From the NCBI GenBank assembly GCA_021772975.1, contig JAJFKY010000020.1:5559-69558 (forward strand): a DNA stretch of 64,000 bases. Reading direction: 5' to 3'. This document shows positions 10,787 through 20,101 of the stretch, piece after piece. Origin of the DNA: Gammaproteobacteria bacterium (GTDB taxonomy: Bacteria > Pseudomonadota > Gammaproteobacteria > Xanthomonadales > Wenzhouxiangellaceae). A model generated the notes under the pieces. That model was given only the letters and a program-made list of their open reading frames with translations. It was not told the origin of the DNA and searched no databases. A program made the translations under genes and the position numbers. Numbering within the stretch: the stretch's first letter is position 1; each line of letters starts with the position of its first letter.

Positions 10787-11593
10787 TTTTTTGACATCCT
10801 TGTGCGGTTTGTAACGCAATAACTGATTGATAAGCCGTGCTAAAAGTCCATGCATATAGCACGATTCAATGCGGCAATTAGCCCATGGCTATCGTTATTG
10901 CTGGCTGGTTTAGTTTTGGCACAACTTGCCATTACCCAATCGGTAAGCGTTGATTGAGTGCTGGTAGGTATATTTAACTGCTTGAGAGAATATAGGGTGT
11001 GGTTACCAACTGTAATGCGATAATGTTCCGCGCATAAAATAGAATAAATTTATCTTGGCACTAAATTTATCAATTACATTTATTAATTACAGTATTGATA
11101 CAGCCATACCTAAATCCCTGTCTGGTAAGCATTTTCGAAGCAAGTGTAGCCGGGGTAATTATCGTGGTCAAGTTAGTATATCGTATAACACTACTTTCGT
11201 ATTAATAGGTATTAAGTATTTTTAAAATATTTCTAACTGGATAGTTCGCAGGCCATAATTTCTGTTATAAATAGCTTTAAGTTGAGTTACTTATATCATA
11301 ATGGATATCAATTCTGCAGCCGGAAGGATATATAGACAGTTTATTGCCGCCAAAATAAAATGAAGTAATAATTTCAGTTTAATAATAGACTAAAGTTTAG
11401 TGTAATACAGGCCGTTACAAGCTTGGCAAGCAGTGTAAATGGATTTATACTCTCAGGCGTAAATTATTATCTTCCGGTAATAATTGCTTGCAAAATTGCA
11501 TCTAGCATTAGCAGTCAGATGGAGTTATTGCAGCCTGTGTCAAGGGAGACACAGCCCAAAGCCAACGAGTCATAAGGGGCTTAGGGAGTCAAC

Positions 11594-13588
11594 ATGGATG
11601 TGGTTAACGCAAAATACCTGGGGAATGCTGCACAGCAGTCTCCATTGCCAGACTCAGTGCGTGCTGGGCTTAAGGGCTGGTTTCTATCATTTACGCAAAG
11701 AATACTGATCGCTTTAGTGTTGGCCGCATTTGGTGCAGGCCTGACTGTGTGGGCGGTTTATTTGGCAAATCAGGCCACTCAGGAACGCCGTCAGGGTGTA
11801 ACCGCACAAAATTCCATTGCTATTAAAGCGGCACTCAACGCCAATATTCAAGCGGATATTGAAGCATTAAATCTGTGGGCAAAATACTTCCAAACCGTTA
11901 CTGAAACAGGCAGCAGCGATACGATACAAGCTCAGTTTTCAGAAATGGCAACAGATTTTTTCGACCAGGCTAATGGTTTTCAGGCGCTGGCCTATGCGCC
12001 GCTTGTTAGCTTAACTGATCGGGCGCAATATCTGCAGCAGCTCAATCCTTTAACCGGACAACCTAAACAAATACTAGAATATACGCAAGCCGGTGACTTT
12101 CGTGATGCACTGGAAACCGATCAGGCGTTTCCAATTGACCAGGTAGACAGCTTTGCAGGCGTTGAACTCAGCATGGGTCTGGATTTGGCTTCCAACCCGG
12201 TGTGGCTGGAGGCATTGTTTCAGGCACGTGATTCGCGTTTACCAGTAGCCATTGCTACTGCGTTTAACGGCAGCATGGATTACTGGGTGTTGCAGCCTTT
12301 ATTTCATGGCAGCGAGATCGAGCGGATCATGTCACCGGTCGGTGGGCTATCAGGGTATTTGCTGGCGGTGTCGCGTACCCGGGAAGCATTGCATGCTTAT
12401 CTGGAAGACCACGTGACCGACAATATGCAGATAGTACTGCGCGACAGCATACTTGAGGACATGAGCGTTAGCCACAGTGATCAGGCAATTGCCGACACTG
12501 GCCATGCACCATCTGACCTGCTGGAGCTTACCAGTTCCTCAATTTCTTTTGCCGGCAGAGAGTTGCTGCTGGATATATATGCGCTACCGTTCAAGACCAA
12601 CTGGTGGTCCGGTCAGCGGGTTTATATCAGTCTCATTGGTTTGCTGCTGACCAGTCTGTTGATATTTTTGTTCTGGTTAATTACCGGCCGTACATTACAG
12701 ATTCAAGCCTTGGTTTACAGCCGCACGGAAGAGTTATCAAATGCTTATGAGCAGTTGAAAGAATCACAAGTGCACTTAGTGCAGTCTGAGAAAATGGCTT
12801 CGTTAGGTCAGATGGTCGCTGGTTTTGCGCATGAAGTGAACACCCCGCTGGCTTATGCTAAAGGCAGTTTTGATGTAATTGCCCAGCAGCTGCTGGTCTA
12901 TCAGGAGCAGGATCAACAAGTCTGTTCGCTGGTGGCCGCTGTTGCTCAAGAGGAGTTGCACCAGGCACAGGATAACTACCAGCAACTGCACGCTTTGTTA
13001 GATGAGCGCCGGCATACTGATCAGCTTGGGCAATCCCTGGAACTGTTATCAGTAGGTATTTCAGGTTTGGAGGAAATTCAGGAATTGGTGAAGAACCTTA
13101 AAAACTTCAGTCGCCTGGATCGTGCCAATATTGTTCAATATGATTTGTCAGAGGGACTTGACAGTACTTTGGTTATTCTTAGAAACCAACTGGATTCGCA
13201 GATATGCATCCATAAAGAATATACTGATTTTGCGCCTGTGATGTGCGCACCTTCTCAGATCAATCAGGTCTTTCTGAATATGATTAATAATGCCGCTCAG
13301 GCTATTGAAGGTCCTGGTAATATCTATCTTCGGGTCGATATTGAAAATGGCTCCGTTGTGGTTGAGATTGAGGATGATGGTGTTGGCATAGACGATGAGA
13401 ACCTGAATAAAATCATGGACCCCTTTTTCACGACCAAGGAAATTGGCCAGGGCACTGGCCTGGGGTTATCAATATGCCACAAAATCATTCAACAGCACGA
13501 TGGCGCTATTGAGGTGCATTCAGAGCTGGGTGTGGGCACGCTGATGAGGATTATTTTACCGCGTAGTGAATCTTCTCGTGCTGCTTGA
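11594..13588 (+). CDS. CHASE-domain sensor histidine kinase
   Basis: Two TM segments flank a periplasmic domain of about 285 aa with CHASE-like blocks (FQALAYAPLVSLTDRAQY, ARDSRLPVAIA). H-box GFAHEVNTPLAY; N/G boxes NMINNAAQA, DDGVGI, GTGLGLSI. An AGGGAG RBS precedes the ATG. Confidence 0.85.
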   Translation: MDVVNAKYLGNAAQQSPLPDSVRAGLKGWFLSFTQRILIALVLAAFGAGLTVWAVYLANQATQERRQGVTAQNSIAIKAALNANIQADIEALNLWAKYFQTVTETGSSDTIQAQFSEMATDFFDQANGFQALAYAPLVSLTDRAQYLQQLNPLTGQPKQILEYTQAGDFRDALETDQAFPIDQVDSFAGVELSMGLDLASNPVWLEALFQARDSRLPVAIATAFNGSMDYWVLQPLFHGSEIERIMSPVGGLSGYLLAVSRTREALHAYLEDHVTDNMQIVLRDSILEDMSVSHSDQAIADTGHAPSDLLELTSSSISFAGRELLLDIYALPFKTNWWSGQRVYISLIGLLLTSLLIFLFWLITGRTLQIQALVYSRTEELSNAYEQLKESQVHLVQSEKMASLGQMVAGFAHEVNTPLAYAKGSFDVIAQQLLVYQEQDQQVCSLVAAVAQEELHQAQDNYQQLHALLDERRHTDQLGQSLELLSVGISGLEEIQELVKNLKNFSRLDRANIVQYDLSEGLDSTLVILRNQLDSQICIHKEYTDFAPVMCAPSQINQVFLNMINNAAQAIEGPGNIYLRVDIENGSVVVEIEDDGVGIDDENLNKIMDPFFTTKEIGQGTGLGLSICHKIIQQHDGAIEVHSELGVGTLMRIILPRSESSRAA

Positions 13589-13608
13589 TTTATAGGAGGC
13601 TTCTGATC

Positions 13609-14601
13609 ATGAAAGCGAAGTTATTGCTGGTGGATGATGAGCATAGAATCTTAATTGTCCTGACAGCAATCTTTGGTCAGCTCTACGATGTATATACAGC
13701 CAACGACGGATCCGCGGCGCTGGATATTTTGCGTACTATGGATATCAATGTTCTGGTCAGTGATCAGCACATGCCAGGTATGCTGGGCACTGAATTGCTG
13801 CAACAGGCAAAGGCATTAAAGCCAGACACCATTAGAATATTGCTGACCGGCTACGCAGACTATAAGGCCAGCATGGCGTCGGTTAATGAAGGCGAGGTGT
13901 TTCGTTATATTGCCAAGCCCTGGGATACCGCTAAGTTGCTGACTACGGTCGCTGAAGCGGTACGGGTATCACAGCAACTGGTCCGAGCCCGCCAGCCTGA
14001 CAGCGATTTGCCAGCTAAGGTGCAGGTGCATCAGCCAAGCGTTCAAACGGCTGCTGATAATATGGGGTTGCTGGTTATTGGTGATAACGAAGGGATTAGC
14101 AGGTATCTCAGTGAACAATTCAAGGATAAACACCCGGTTTACAGCGCGCAGACTTTACCACGGGCAATAGCCGCACTTAAACAACACTATATAGGTGTGG
14201 TGATTACCGAAGCCACCGTCAACGGGGCCAGCAGCGTTAAATTTCTTGCTGCGTTGCGTGCCACCAATCCTACCATCGTAACATTGGTGTTGAGCGCGCA
14301 TCAGGACGTCATGTTGATTTCTGAAATGATTAACAGTGGGCAAATATTCAGGTTCCTGCCCAATCCACCAGGCAAGGGAATTTTACGGCTAAGCGCTATT
14401 TCGGCAATCAGGCAGCATTATGAGTTTAAAGATAACCCGGCATTGACGGTTCGCATACATGGCGATATGAGCGAATTTGAAAACGAAAAACAAGCTAATT
14501 CCGAGTATCAGGCATCGGCTGATGACAATGAGTCGGAGGCTAATTTCTTCTGGCTGCGCCGGGCATTTCGCCACTTGTTCAATACTACCAGAGCGCATTG
14601 A
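13609..14601 (+). CDS. Response regulator with receiver plus pseudo-receiver domains and no output domain
   Basis: The ATG at 13609 has a TAGGAGG RBS; the TTG at 13585 in the ORF track is less likely. REC1 has VDDE, the VSDQHMPG acceptor Asp, LLTGYAD and IAKPW. The second REC-like domain has Glu at the acceptor position and Asn at the Lys position. Confidence 0.85.
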   Translation: MKAKLLLVDDEHRILIVLTAIFGQLYDVYTANDGSAALDILRTMDINVLVSDQHMPGMLGTELLQQAKALKPDTIRILLTGYADYKASMASVNEGEVFRYIAKPWDTAKLLTTVAEAVRVSQQLVRARQPDSDLPAKVQVHQPSVQTAADNMGLLVIGDNEGISRYLSEQFKDKHPVYSAQTLPRAIAALKQHYIGVVITEATVNGASSVKFLAALRATNPTIVTLVLSAHQDVMLISEMINSGQIFRFLPNPPGKGILRLSAISAIRQHYEFKDNPALTVRIHGDMSEFENEKQANSEYQASADDNESEANFFWLRRAFRHLFNTTRAH

Positions 14602-14642
14602 AGGCGCCACCTTATACAGCTTTAAATGGAGTGAAAGCGATT

Positions 14643-15566
14643 ATGATAATGTTGCCTGTTAAACCTATAGTTAGAGTCCTTGCCGCAGTTTTATTGCTCT
14701 GTAATATCAATGCCTTCGCACAGGAAACGACACCTTCTCACGTATTCCAGAATTCAGAAAGGATTATTGCTGAAATTGCTATCTTGAGAGAAGCATTAGG
14801 CGCGGACGATTATCCGCCGGACCCTGAGCGTCAGACGCTTAAGAAACCGATTCATGTTTACACCAAGGCCTTGGAAGTGCTGGAAAAAATTGCCATGGCC
14901 GAAAAAAGGCTGGGTCTGGAGACGGTAGAGGTTGGACAGATCCCACTAACCAAAATTGAGCCGAAGGATGTGTATGCAGTGACCGCCAGGGTATTAACTG
15001 AACTGCAGAAAATGAAAGAATATCTTGCCATTGCTACTCCTATTGATGATGTTCCATTCGTTGCGGGCAAAGCGCCTAGTCATGTATATGAAAACTTATG
15101 GCGAGCTTCTTATATGCTGGATAATCTGGCAGGGGCGGTAAAACCTGATGACGTCTATCGCCATGTCCGTTACGTGCATTATGAAATCGACCTGATTGCC
15201 AGTGAATTTGCGGTGTCTTTTGCTGGTTTGCCAGAACCGCAAATAGAGCCTAAGGCCCGCCCGAAAGATGTTGCCGCGCAAGGGTTACTGGACCTGAGCA
15301 AGCTGGTGCGGTTACAGAAGAAAATCGGAATGGATGCTTCCTTTGTGCCAACCATGACATTGGTTCGTGCTACCCCATCGGATGCATTTGATGTGGCCAA
15401 TATTCTGATGGCTGAACTGGTACGTATTAAAGTTCACCTCGGTATGACCACGCCAAGGCCTGTTTATCCGACTGAATCAGGCAGGAAACCGGCAGATGTA
15501 CTGAAACTCATGAAGCATGCCGGTATGAAACTGGATCGGCTGGTAGCGAACGCAAAAAGACGCTAA
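14643..15566 (+). CDS. Secreted repeat protein of unknown function (about 8 tandem ~38-aa helical repeats)
   Basis: The ATG at 14643 gives the signal peptide MIMLPVKPIVRVLAAVLLLCNINAFAQE. The recurrent motif (K/T)PxDV(Y/F)...L..(I/L)...LG is readable 8 times. It appears co-oriented and operonic with the HK and RR. Confidence 0.6.
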   Translation: MIMLPVKPIVRVLAAVLLLCNINAFAQETTPSHVFQNSERIIAEIAILREALGADDYPPDPERQTLKKPIHVYTKALEVLEKIAMAEKRLGLETVEVGQIPLTKIEPKDVYAVTARVLTELQKMKEYLAIATPIDDVPFVAGKAPSHVYENLWRASYMLDNLAGAVKPDDVYRHVRYVHYEIDLIASEFAVSFAGLPEPQIEPKARPKDVAAQGLLDLSKLVRLQKKIGMDASFVPTMTLVRATPSDAFDVANILMAELVRIKVHLGMTTPRPVYPTESGRKPADVLKLMKHAGMKLDRLVANAKRR

Positions 15567-15618
15567 TTGTGTCAGCTGCCCCAGGCTACATATAACTCAG
15601 CAAGTGAGACCAGAAGGT

Positions 15619-15651
15619 CTCTGACAGCATGCATTGAGCATGCTGTCAGAG
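15619..15651. terminator. Perfect 14-bp-stem hairpin between convergent genes (possible bidirectional terminator)
   Basis: ctctgacagcatgc-attga-gcatgctgtcagag. A second hairpin, gagacc-agaa-ggtctc, lies at 15606-15621. There is no clear U-tract. Confidence 0.4.
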
Positions 15652-15706
15652 TGAAGCATGGAACCAAAAATTGTTTATCTTCGGGTTGTTGCGGTATGGA
15701 TGCTGA

Positions 15707-16288
15707 TCAGCCGGAAAACTGCTGGCTTACAAACTCCCAATTGACCAGGTGCCAGAAAGCATCCACGTACTTCGGCCGGGCATTGCGGTAGTCAATATAA
15801 TAGGCGTGCTCCCAGACATCGCAGGTCAGCAGCGGTTTGGCCTCGCCGGTGAGCGGAGTGTCGGCGTTGCTGGTGCTGACCACGGCCAGTGAACCATCCG
15901 GGTTTTTCACCAGCCAGGCCCAGCCGGAACCGAAAGTGCCACCCGCCACATCGCTGAATTTTTCTTTGCAAGCAGCGAAAGAACCAAACGATTGATTGAT
16001 CGCGTCAGCCAGCGCACCGGAGGGTTCGCCACCGCCGCTGGGACTCAGGCAGTTCCAGTAGAAAGTGTGATTCCAGATTTGCGCGGCATTATTAAACATT
16101 CCGCCGCTGGCGGTTTTAACAATGGTCTCCAGGTCCTGACCCTGGTGGTCGCTGCCGGGCAGCGCGGCATTGAGCTTGTTGACATAGCCCTGATGGTGTT
16201 TGCCATAGTGATAATCCAAGGTTTCCGCTGAAATGTGCGGTTCCAGGGCATCTTTTGCATACGGCAGGGCAGGTAGTTCAATGGACAT
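15707..16288 (-). CDS. sodB: Fe/Mn superoxide dismutase (Fe-type likely)
   Basis: The ATG at 16288 has an AAGGAGAC RBS. MSIELPALPYAKDALEPHISAETLDYHYGKHH ... DVWEHAYYIDYRN. The longer ORF-track start at 16498 is unlikely. Confidence 0.95.
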   Translation of the reverse strand: MSIELPALPYAKDALEPHISAETLDYHYGKHHQGYVNKLNAALPGSDHQGQDLETIVKTASGGMFNNAAQIWNHTFYWNCLSPSGGGEPSGALADAINQSFGSFAACKEKFSDVAGGTFGSGWAWLVKNPDGSLAVVSTSNADTPLTGEAKPLLTCDVWEHAYYIDYRNARPKYVDAFWHLVNWEFVSQQFSG

Positions 16289-16379
16289 TAATGTCTCCTT
16301 GATTGAGTGTGTTCGAGGGTAAATGCTAGAGTAATAAGCATGTGTATGCGCAAGCAGTTTTTCAAGCAACCGAAGTCTG

Positions 16380-17948
16380 TTGATGGCCGCTGAAGTCAGC
16401 ATCGACGCCATCAGCCTGAGCCTGTTTGCCAGCCGGGTCAGCGCGATCTGCGAGGAGATGGGCGCGGTGCTGGCGCGATCCGCGTTATCACCCAACATTC
16501 GTGACCGGCTGGATTATTCCTGTGCTTTATTCGATGGTAATGGTGATCTGGTTGCACAGGCTACGCATATTCCGGTGCACCTGGGCAGCATGGCTTACGC
16601 GATGCGCGGGCTGGCCGGTAAGATCACCTGGCGGCAGGGTGATGTGATGATTCTCAATGATCCGTTTGCCGGCGGTACGCACTTGCCGGACGTTACCTTG
16701 ATCGCCGCTTTGGTACAGGACAATCAGTTGCTGGGTTTTGCCGTCAGCCGGGCACATTATGCGGATATCGGCAGTGCCGCACCCGGCTCCATGCCGGTCA
16801 GCAACAGTTTGGAGCAGGAAGGTGTGCTGATTGAACCGCAATTGCTTTACCAGGCGGGCGAGTATCAGCCGCAGGTGCTGGCGCCATTGCTGCAGGCGGT
16901 GGGTGATCAGTCGCGGGTTGGCGCTGATCTGGAGGCACAGCTCAGTGCCTGCCGGACGGGCTGCCGATCATTGCTGGTATTAATCAGCTCAGCCGGTCAA
17001 GCCGTCTTCGAGCAGCGCCTGGCAGCCTTGAATGACTATGCCGAACGGCTGGCAAGAGTTCTGATCCGGAGTATTCCGGATGGTGAATACCGTTTCAATG
17101 ATGTGCTGGATGGGGATGGTTTCGAGCAGCAGGATGTTCGAATCCAGGTGAAAGTCAGCGTGCGTGATGACAGTTTGACGGCGGATTTTGCCGGTACCGA
17201 TCGCCAGGTTCCGGGCAACATCAATTGCCCGCTGAGCGTAACCGCGGCGGCGGTTTATTATGTTATCCGCTGCCTGCTGCCTGATTACACCCCGAACTGT
17301 GCCGGAGTATTGCGGGCCTTGCGCTTGACTGCTCCGCCCGGTTCACTGGTGCATGCACAGGGACCGGCGGCGGTGGCGGCCGGCAATGTAGAAACCAGCA
17401 TGCGCATTGTGGATGTACTGTGCGGGGCGTTGCAGCCGGCCTTGCCGGAAGTCATACCAGCCGCCAGCCAGGGCACCATGAACAATCTGGCGATGGGTGG
17501 TGAGTGGCGTCAAGCCGGCCAGCTGGCGCGCTGGAGCTACTATGAGACCCTGGCCGGTGGATGCGGCGCCAGCTCAGAACACGCCGGTCGCAGCGCGGTG
17601 CACAGCCATATGACCAATACTCTGAACACGCCGGTGGAAGTTCTGGAAAGTGAATATCCATTGCGCATTCGCCGTTACGCCATCCGCTACGGTTCCGGTG
17701 GACAGGGCAAGCATCCGGGCGGTGATGGTATCGTGCGCGAATACGATTTTCTGCACCCTACCACTGTGTCTATCATTAGTGAGCGCCGCCGACATCCGGC
17801 CTGGGGTATCGGCTCCGGCACGGCCGGCCAGCCGGGCAGCAACCGATTGAATAATGAATGCCTGCCAGCCAAGCTCAGCTGTCAGGTCAATGCAGGTGAT
17901 ACCCTGAGCATTGCCACGCCTGGCGGTGGTGCCTGGTCGGATAACTGA
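16380..17948 (+). CDS. Hydantoinase B / oxoprolinase family protein
   Basis: 522 aa with RSALSPNIRDRLDYSCALFD, ILNDPFAGGTHLPD and NVETSMRIVD blocks typical of HyuB/OplB. No HyuA partner is adjacent. Confidence 0.85.
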   Translation: MMAAEVSIDAISLSLFASRVSAICEEMGAVLARSALSPNIRDRLDYSCALFDGNGDLVAQATHIPVHLGSMAYAMRGLAGKITWRQGDVMILNDPFAGGTHLPDVTLIAALVQDNQLLGFAVSRAHYADIGSAAPGSMPVSNSLEQEGVLIEPQLLYQAGEYQPQVLAPLLQAVGDQSRVGADLEAQLSACRTGCRSLLVLISSAGQAVFEQRLAALNDYAERLARVLIRSIPDGEYRFNDVLDGDGFEQQDVRIQVKVSVRDDSLTADFAGTDRQVPGNINCPLSVTAAAVYYVIRCLLPDYTPNCAGVLRALRLTAPPGSLVHAQGPAAVAAGNVETSMRIVDVLCGALQPALPEVIPAASQGTMNNLAMGGEWRQAGQLARWSYYETLAGGCGASSEHAGRSAVHSHMTNTLNTPVEVLESEYPLRIRRYAIRYGSGGQGKHPGGDGIVREYDFLHPTTVSIISERRRHPAWGIGSGTAGQPGSNRLNNECLPAKLSCQVNAGDTLSIATPGGGAWSDN

Positions 17949-18028
17949 GCGGCTTGCTGCCCTGGTAATACACTTCTGGCACATACGTCTGTCTCGCAGC
18001 CAATGCTAAGCTCTGAAAAAAACAGAGT

Positions 18029-18826
18029 ATGACCATGAAAAAATTGTTCAGCGGGTTAACGATGGTATTGTTTTGCTGGCAGTGCGTGGCTGCCGAGCCG
18101 GCGGAAATTCTGGTGCTGGGCACTTTCCATTTTGCCAATCCCCAGGCGGACACCGTCAAAACCGAAGTATTTAATGTCATGACCGAGAACGGTCAGCAGC
18201 AGGTGCTGGCATTGGTGGAAAAGCTGAATCGATTCAGGCCGACCAAAGTCCTGCTGGAATTCACTCCGGACAAGTCGGACTCCAACAATCAGCAGTATCA
18301 GGCCTATCTGAACGATGAGTTCAGCCTCACCAGCAACGAGATTCATCAATTGGGATTTCGGCTGGCGCAGTTAAATCAACACCCGCGGATCCATGGCATT
18401 GATGACCGGGCCGTGCCCTGGCTGGGTGATGGGCTGTTCAAATACGCTCAGGCACACGCTCCCGAGGCCGATGCGCAATTGCAGCAGACCATTGCCGAGG
18501 TGACCCGACTAATCGAGCATCAGCAGCAAACGCTGCCATTGCTGGAACTGATGCGAGTCCAGAACAGTTCGGAGATGCTTAGCCGCAACCTGGGTTTTTA
18601 TGTCGCTTTCAATGACGTGGGCGCGGGTGATGGCTTCGCCGGTGCGAGCAGCACGGCCAGTTGGTTTGAGCGCAATATCCGGATGCATGGTTTGATCCAG
18701 CAGTACGCACAGCCCGGTGAGCGTCTGCTGGTTATCGTCGGCGCCGGGCACGCTGCGATATTGAATATTCTGCTGGATTACGATCCCAGGCTGCAGCGGG
18801 TAGATGTGCTGAGCTACCTTCAGTAA
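18029..18826 (+). CDS. Secreted protein, DUF5694-like
   Basis: Signal peptide, then AEILVLGTFHFANP ... LLVIVGAGHAAIL. The family assignment is from memory only. Confidence 0.5.
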   Translation: MTMKKLFSGLTMVLFCWQCVAAEPAEILVLGTFHFANPQADTVKTEVFNVMTENGQQQVLALVEKLNRFRPTKVLLEFTPDKSDSNNQQYQAYLNDEFSLTSNEIHQLGFRLAQLNQHPRIHGIDDRAVPWLGDGLFKYAQAHAPEADAQLQQTIAEVTRLIEHQQQTLPLLELMRVQNSSEMLSRNLGFYVAFNDVGAGDGFAGASSTASWFERNIRMHGLIQQYAQPGERLLVIVGAGHAAILNILLDYDPRLQRVDVLSYLQ

Positions 18827-18848
18827 ATCAGGCCAGCATAGGCCTTGC

Positions 18849-19940
18849 TCAGTTATCCTCAGCCGCGTTGAGGCGGGCGCTCAGCAATTGATGAAAATGA
18901 TGGCAGCCTGCTTCGTGTCGCGGCGCGTAACGCCCCCGCTGATACAGGCGCGAGTGTAAACCTTGCTGGGTGCTGATCACCACTGCTTCATCCTGCCGCT
19001 CAACGGTATCCAGGCCGGCGCCGGCGCCACTGGACAGTTTGTCAGGTTGCCACACGTAGCTTAAAAAGCGCACCCGGGTTTGCGCTGCGGTCACCGGTTC
19101 CACCACATTGATGCTGAGGCCCCAGGGATAAAAATTCAGCATCAGATTAGGAAACAGCCAGAAATAATAGGCCCCAATACGCTGTCCATAATCAGCTGAC
19201 GACGCGGGTAGATCGAAAGCGGCTTCACCTTCGGCGGCAAACCCCAGTTGCAGATTGGCCAACTCAAACAGCTCGGTACGGTATTGCTTCAGATCCAGGG
19301 TTTGAGTTAATTCCGGGTGAATGTAGGGGATATGCAGATAGTCCAGATAGTTTTCGCAATACAGCGCCCAATTGGCCGGGATCAGATAATCCTGACAACG
19401 CCGCGGGTCAAGTACAAACTCATTCAGTGGCAGCCAGTGCAGGCGCTGCTGCAGCGGCCCCAGCCAGTCCTGGAACCGGCAGTCCGGTTTGAGCGAGGTA
19501 AACAATAGCGGTCCCCAGCGCTGCAACTGCAATGTCGGCAGGTGGTCTGCGTCGCGCGGAAAATTGGTGGCCTGTTCGAAACCGGGCGCATAGCGAAATT
19601 GCCCGTTCAGCTCAAACCGGCGGCTGTGATAGGGACAGCGCAAGTCGGCGTAATGTCCGGCTTTCTGACAGACCAGATTGCCGCGATGAGTGCAGACATT
19701 GGACAGACAATGCAACTGCCCGGTCTCATCGCGGGTCAGCAGCAACGGTTCATTCAGACTGTCGGGCAGCAGGGTAAAGGGTTTTACCGTGCCGGGCTCG
19801 TGCAGATCCGTGCAGTCACCGATCCACTGCCAGGAGCGGGCAAAGACCCGTTCCAGCGCTGCCTGATAAACCCTCGGATCACAATACAGGCTGGCGGGAG
19901 GTGTGCTGGCGGCGCGGATATCAGGTTCAATTTTGAGCAT
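18849..19940 (-). CDS. Rieske [2Fe-2S] non-heme-iron oxygenase alpha-subunit-like protein
   Basis: Rieske motif CTHRG...CPYHSRRF. Mononuclear iron motif ENYLDYLHIPYIH (DxxHxxxxH). Confidence 0.8.
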   Translation of the reverse strand: MLKIEPDIRAASTPPASLYCDPRVYQAALERVFARSWQWIGDCTDLHEPGTVKPFTLLPDSLNEPLLLTRDETGQLHCLSNVCTHRGNLVCQKAGHYADLRCPYHSRRFELNGQFRYAPGFEQATNFPRDADHLPTLQLQRWGPLLFTSLKPDCRFQDWLGPLQQRLHWLPLNEFVLDPRRCQDYLIPANWALYCENYLDYLHIPYIHPELTQTLDLKQYRTELFELANLQLGFAAEGEAAFDLPASSADYGQRIGAYYFWLFPNLMLNFYPWGLSINVVEPVTAAQTRVRFLSYVWQPDKLSSGAGAGLDTVERQDEAVVISTQQGLHSRLYQRGRYAPRHEAGCHHFHQLLSARLNAAEDN

Positions 19941-20101
19941 AAATGATGGTGTAGTGCAGTGTATTGTGGCCGGCGGTTAGCCGGATTCTACCGCAAACCC
20001 GAGGCCGGCAGTGAACCGGGTCAGCAACCGTTATTTGCCCCCGGTCAGCTGGCTCCAGTAAACTTGGCGGCGCTTATCACAATAAATCAGGAGTCATCAT
20101 T

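Noticed and set aside
11301-11363. 20-codon mini-ORF (MDINSAAGRIYRQFIAAKIK) in the AT-rich spacer.
   Set aside because: It is too short, has no RBS, and cannot be distinguished from chance in AT-rich DNA.
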